Origin: Chiloscyllium plagiosum | Lineage: Eukaryota | Direction: 5' to 3' | Assembly (NCBI RefSeq): GCF_004010195.1 | Contig: NC_057749.1 | Span: 6,903,416-6,967,415 of the forward strand | Length of the DNA: 64,000 bases | Part shown: positions 61,626 to 64,000 of the stretch, one piece after another | Position numbering within the stretch: the stretch's first letter is position 1 | Layout of the letters: each line of letters begins with the position of its first letter | Made by a program: the position numbers and the translations under genes | The notes under the pieces: model-generated | Database searches by the model: none | Told to the model about the DNA's origin: nothing | Seen by the model: the letters and a program-made list of their open reading frames with translations, nothing else

Positions 61626-63057
61626 TAAAGGGAGAAGGGGCAAAGCTCCCCTTTTAAAAATTAAGCAATGACAAACCTGAAATCTAAAGCAAACATTGAC
61701 ATTTTGCAAAATAAAGGCCATGTAGAGTTGCTTCAATGTCATCAGATACACATTCATGCTCCATGCACTGATAGACAGAATTTAAATCATGAGCCATTTA
61801 CAAGGTGTACAACTTATCATTTCTATCCTGTCACAAGCTTCAATCTCTGTACTGCCATCACCATGCAACATGGTGTCATTATCCATCAACTTGTGACTGT
61901 TGTCAATCAGCAAATGTCATGTTAACAACTTTGGTTAAAGGAATAAGGAAGCCAAAGGTTATGCATGATAAGAAAATTTTAAACTTGTACGTCTTACACC
62001 CAGTAAATGGGTGAGCTTGTTTTATTGATGGCTCAGAAAGTATGGAATTTCTCATTTCCAAAAGACGAAAGAAGCTGAGATAATTGCACCTTACAAAATG
62101 AATAGATTTTTGTTCGGTAATGCTACTGAGCAGTAGGAGTCAAGTGGAAATAAGGCACAGAAGCAATAATGTTAGTGAAGGAAAGAATATGACTGAGGGG
62201 CTGAAAGGTCTACTCCAACTCTCCAAAGGCATGTTAGCCACTGAAAAATATGTGCCAACCAGTAGACAGTTAAACTTTATTTGAAATGAGTAAAATCTCT
62301 ATTTATGAAGCTAAAATATTTACATGCTGAATTAGAAACCTTGGAAGCGTAGTATTCTGACAATGAGGTGATATTTGTGCAGAGGTTGATGGGCTACAGG
62401 ATACAAAGAGAATGGTCATGGATCACTCATGTAAGGCCTTTGTGTTTTGCTTGCCCGTACAATGACATGAACCACATGAGACTCTCTCCACTGTGTTACT
62501 GTGAAAGAAACCATGAACTCTCCAATTCACCCACTACACAATACTCTACAAAGCTTTTATTCATGAAGACACCACCCTCTTAAAATTCAAAAAACAATGA
62601 CACGCCCCAGCACAATATCAAATTTATTTGTCATGGTGAGCAAATAAATTGTTACATTCCTTTGTTCATTTTTGATAACTTAGAGAATCTGTTTGATAAC
62701 TAATGAAGAATTGACTAGGCTACTCATGGTACAATTGGAGGAAATAGCTGAAATGCGGATGATATAATCAAGGAAATTAATGTACATTCTTGCTGACATC
62801 TTCAGGGGGTGGTAACAAATTTTCACTCGTGTATAGAGTAGATGAGTGAAAATGGACGATGGAACAGACGCTGAGGAATGAAGAAAGGGTTGTGAGCAGA
62901 AACTACCTGAAAACCGGGTCCATGCAATGGGCTTTAACAGGATGGAGCGACAAACTAAAAGGGTTTGATGGCAGCTTTTAAAGAGTAAGGTCAATGTAAT
63001 TACCATTCTGGCCAAAGGAGAAATGGAGAGCCACAGAGGGTTAAAGTCAACAGATTA

Positions 63058-63231
63058 TAGAACAACCTCGATTATCCAAACATCAACTATCCGAATTTCA
63101 GATTACCTGAGCAAGATCTCAAGGTCCTGTAAAAATGCTATCCATTATCCAAACAATCTGTAATCCAAACTCTCAATTATTCAAACAAAATACTCCCTGC
63201 CCATCTTGTTTGGATAATCGAGGTTATTCTG
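63058..63231. mobile_element. pogo/Tigger-like MITE (related subfamily)
   Basis: TA-tagaacaacctcgattatccaaaca..tgtttggataatcgaggttattctg-TA. Confidence 0.8.
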
Positions 63232-64000
63232 TATTGGTGCTGCAATGGAAGTAAGGTCCAAGGACGTAGTTGAGATTGGGAGAGTTTGAGGGAGATGTGG
63301 CAGGAGAAACGAAATTCAATGCTTTTGCAGATGGGAATTAATAATTGTCAACAATGGGATTGGATGGAGTGACAAACAGGACATGATCTTATAGCCAGGA
63401 TGTTAACATATTGGCATTTTATGGAGGATTGGAACCGAGCATTGGAGAAATTGAATCTTGAAACTAATGGAAAGTTTGGCAGTGATGTTGAGGTTACGGT
63501 ACAGCAACACTGAGTTAGAAATAAGTGGTTTTAGTATATGGATAGAATACAAGGCTTTTGAAACTCAGCTTTGGGTCAAAGGTAATGCAAAGATTTGATG
63601 CTGTGAATGTCAAAAGAAAGGAATGAACTCAGGAGGGCAGAGGTTCATAATTTTCCAGAAGTATTAACTGGTCGTAATGGAGCACGGTACTGAGGTGAAC
63701 AAGATAACTTGGAACAGGATGGGATCACTTTCAAGTTTTACTGTATTTCTCTCCTGCGTTAGGGCATCTGTTTCTCTGAAGCTCGATTGGATGAATTCTT
63801 GTCTGATCCATGGCTAGCCTAATGGCACGGTTGAGGGAGGTGGTGGAGGGGTTGGCTAGCCCAATGGCACAGGTCATGTGTCGAGGGCAATGGTGGAGGG
63901 ATGTGACAGGGTTTACCTGACAATAGATGGCTCCATGGTTACAAAAGCGAACACTGAGTGACTGCAGGCAGGCACAACTGAGAAAAAGCTGAACGTTGAT

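Noticed and set aside
62640..63720. Possible ancient CR1 ORF1/endonuclease remnant (DLIA- and IWIE-like words)
   Set aside because: Too degenerate to support by eye; needs a translated search

Overview
Repeat-dense vertebrate genomic DNA, almost certainly from a shark or ray: it carries many HE1-type (V-SINE) tRNA-derived SINEs, their partner HER1/CR1 LINE 3' fragments and SacSINE1-like Deu-domain SINEs. I recognise no protein-coding gene, rRNA, true tRNA or CRISPR array, so the window is probably intronic or intergenic. A few minus-strand exon-like segments are reported at low confidence. Other content: fragments of Rex1/Babar, RTE and CR1/L2-group LINEs, four pogo/Tigger-like MITEs, a ~1 kb 24-bp minisatellite and a 74-nt AT-rich hairpin. 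The most striking signal is roughly 20 or more copies (counted by eye) of Penelope-like-element (PLE) pseudo-LTRs from at least four families. Each carries a minimal type-I hammerhead ribozyme motif: CUGANGA, stem II, GAAA, then a palindromic mini stem III. Many copies form short ORF-less head-to-head palindromic cassettes with 11-15 bp target-site duplications (TSDs). Three motifs keep an intact catalytic core. Repeat family names come from recalled consensus motifs, not database searches, and most boundaries are approximate (about +/-10-30 bp).
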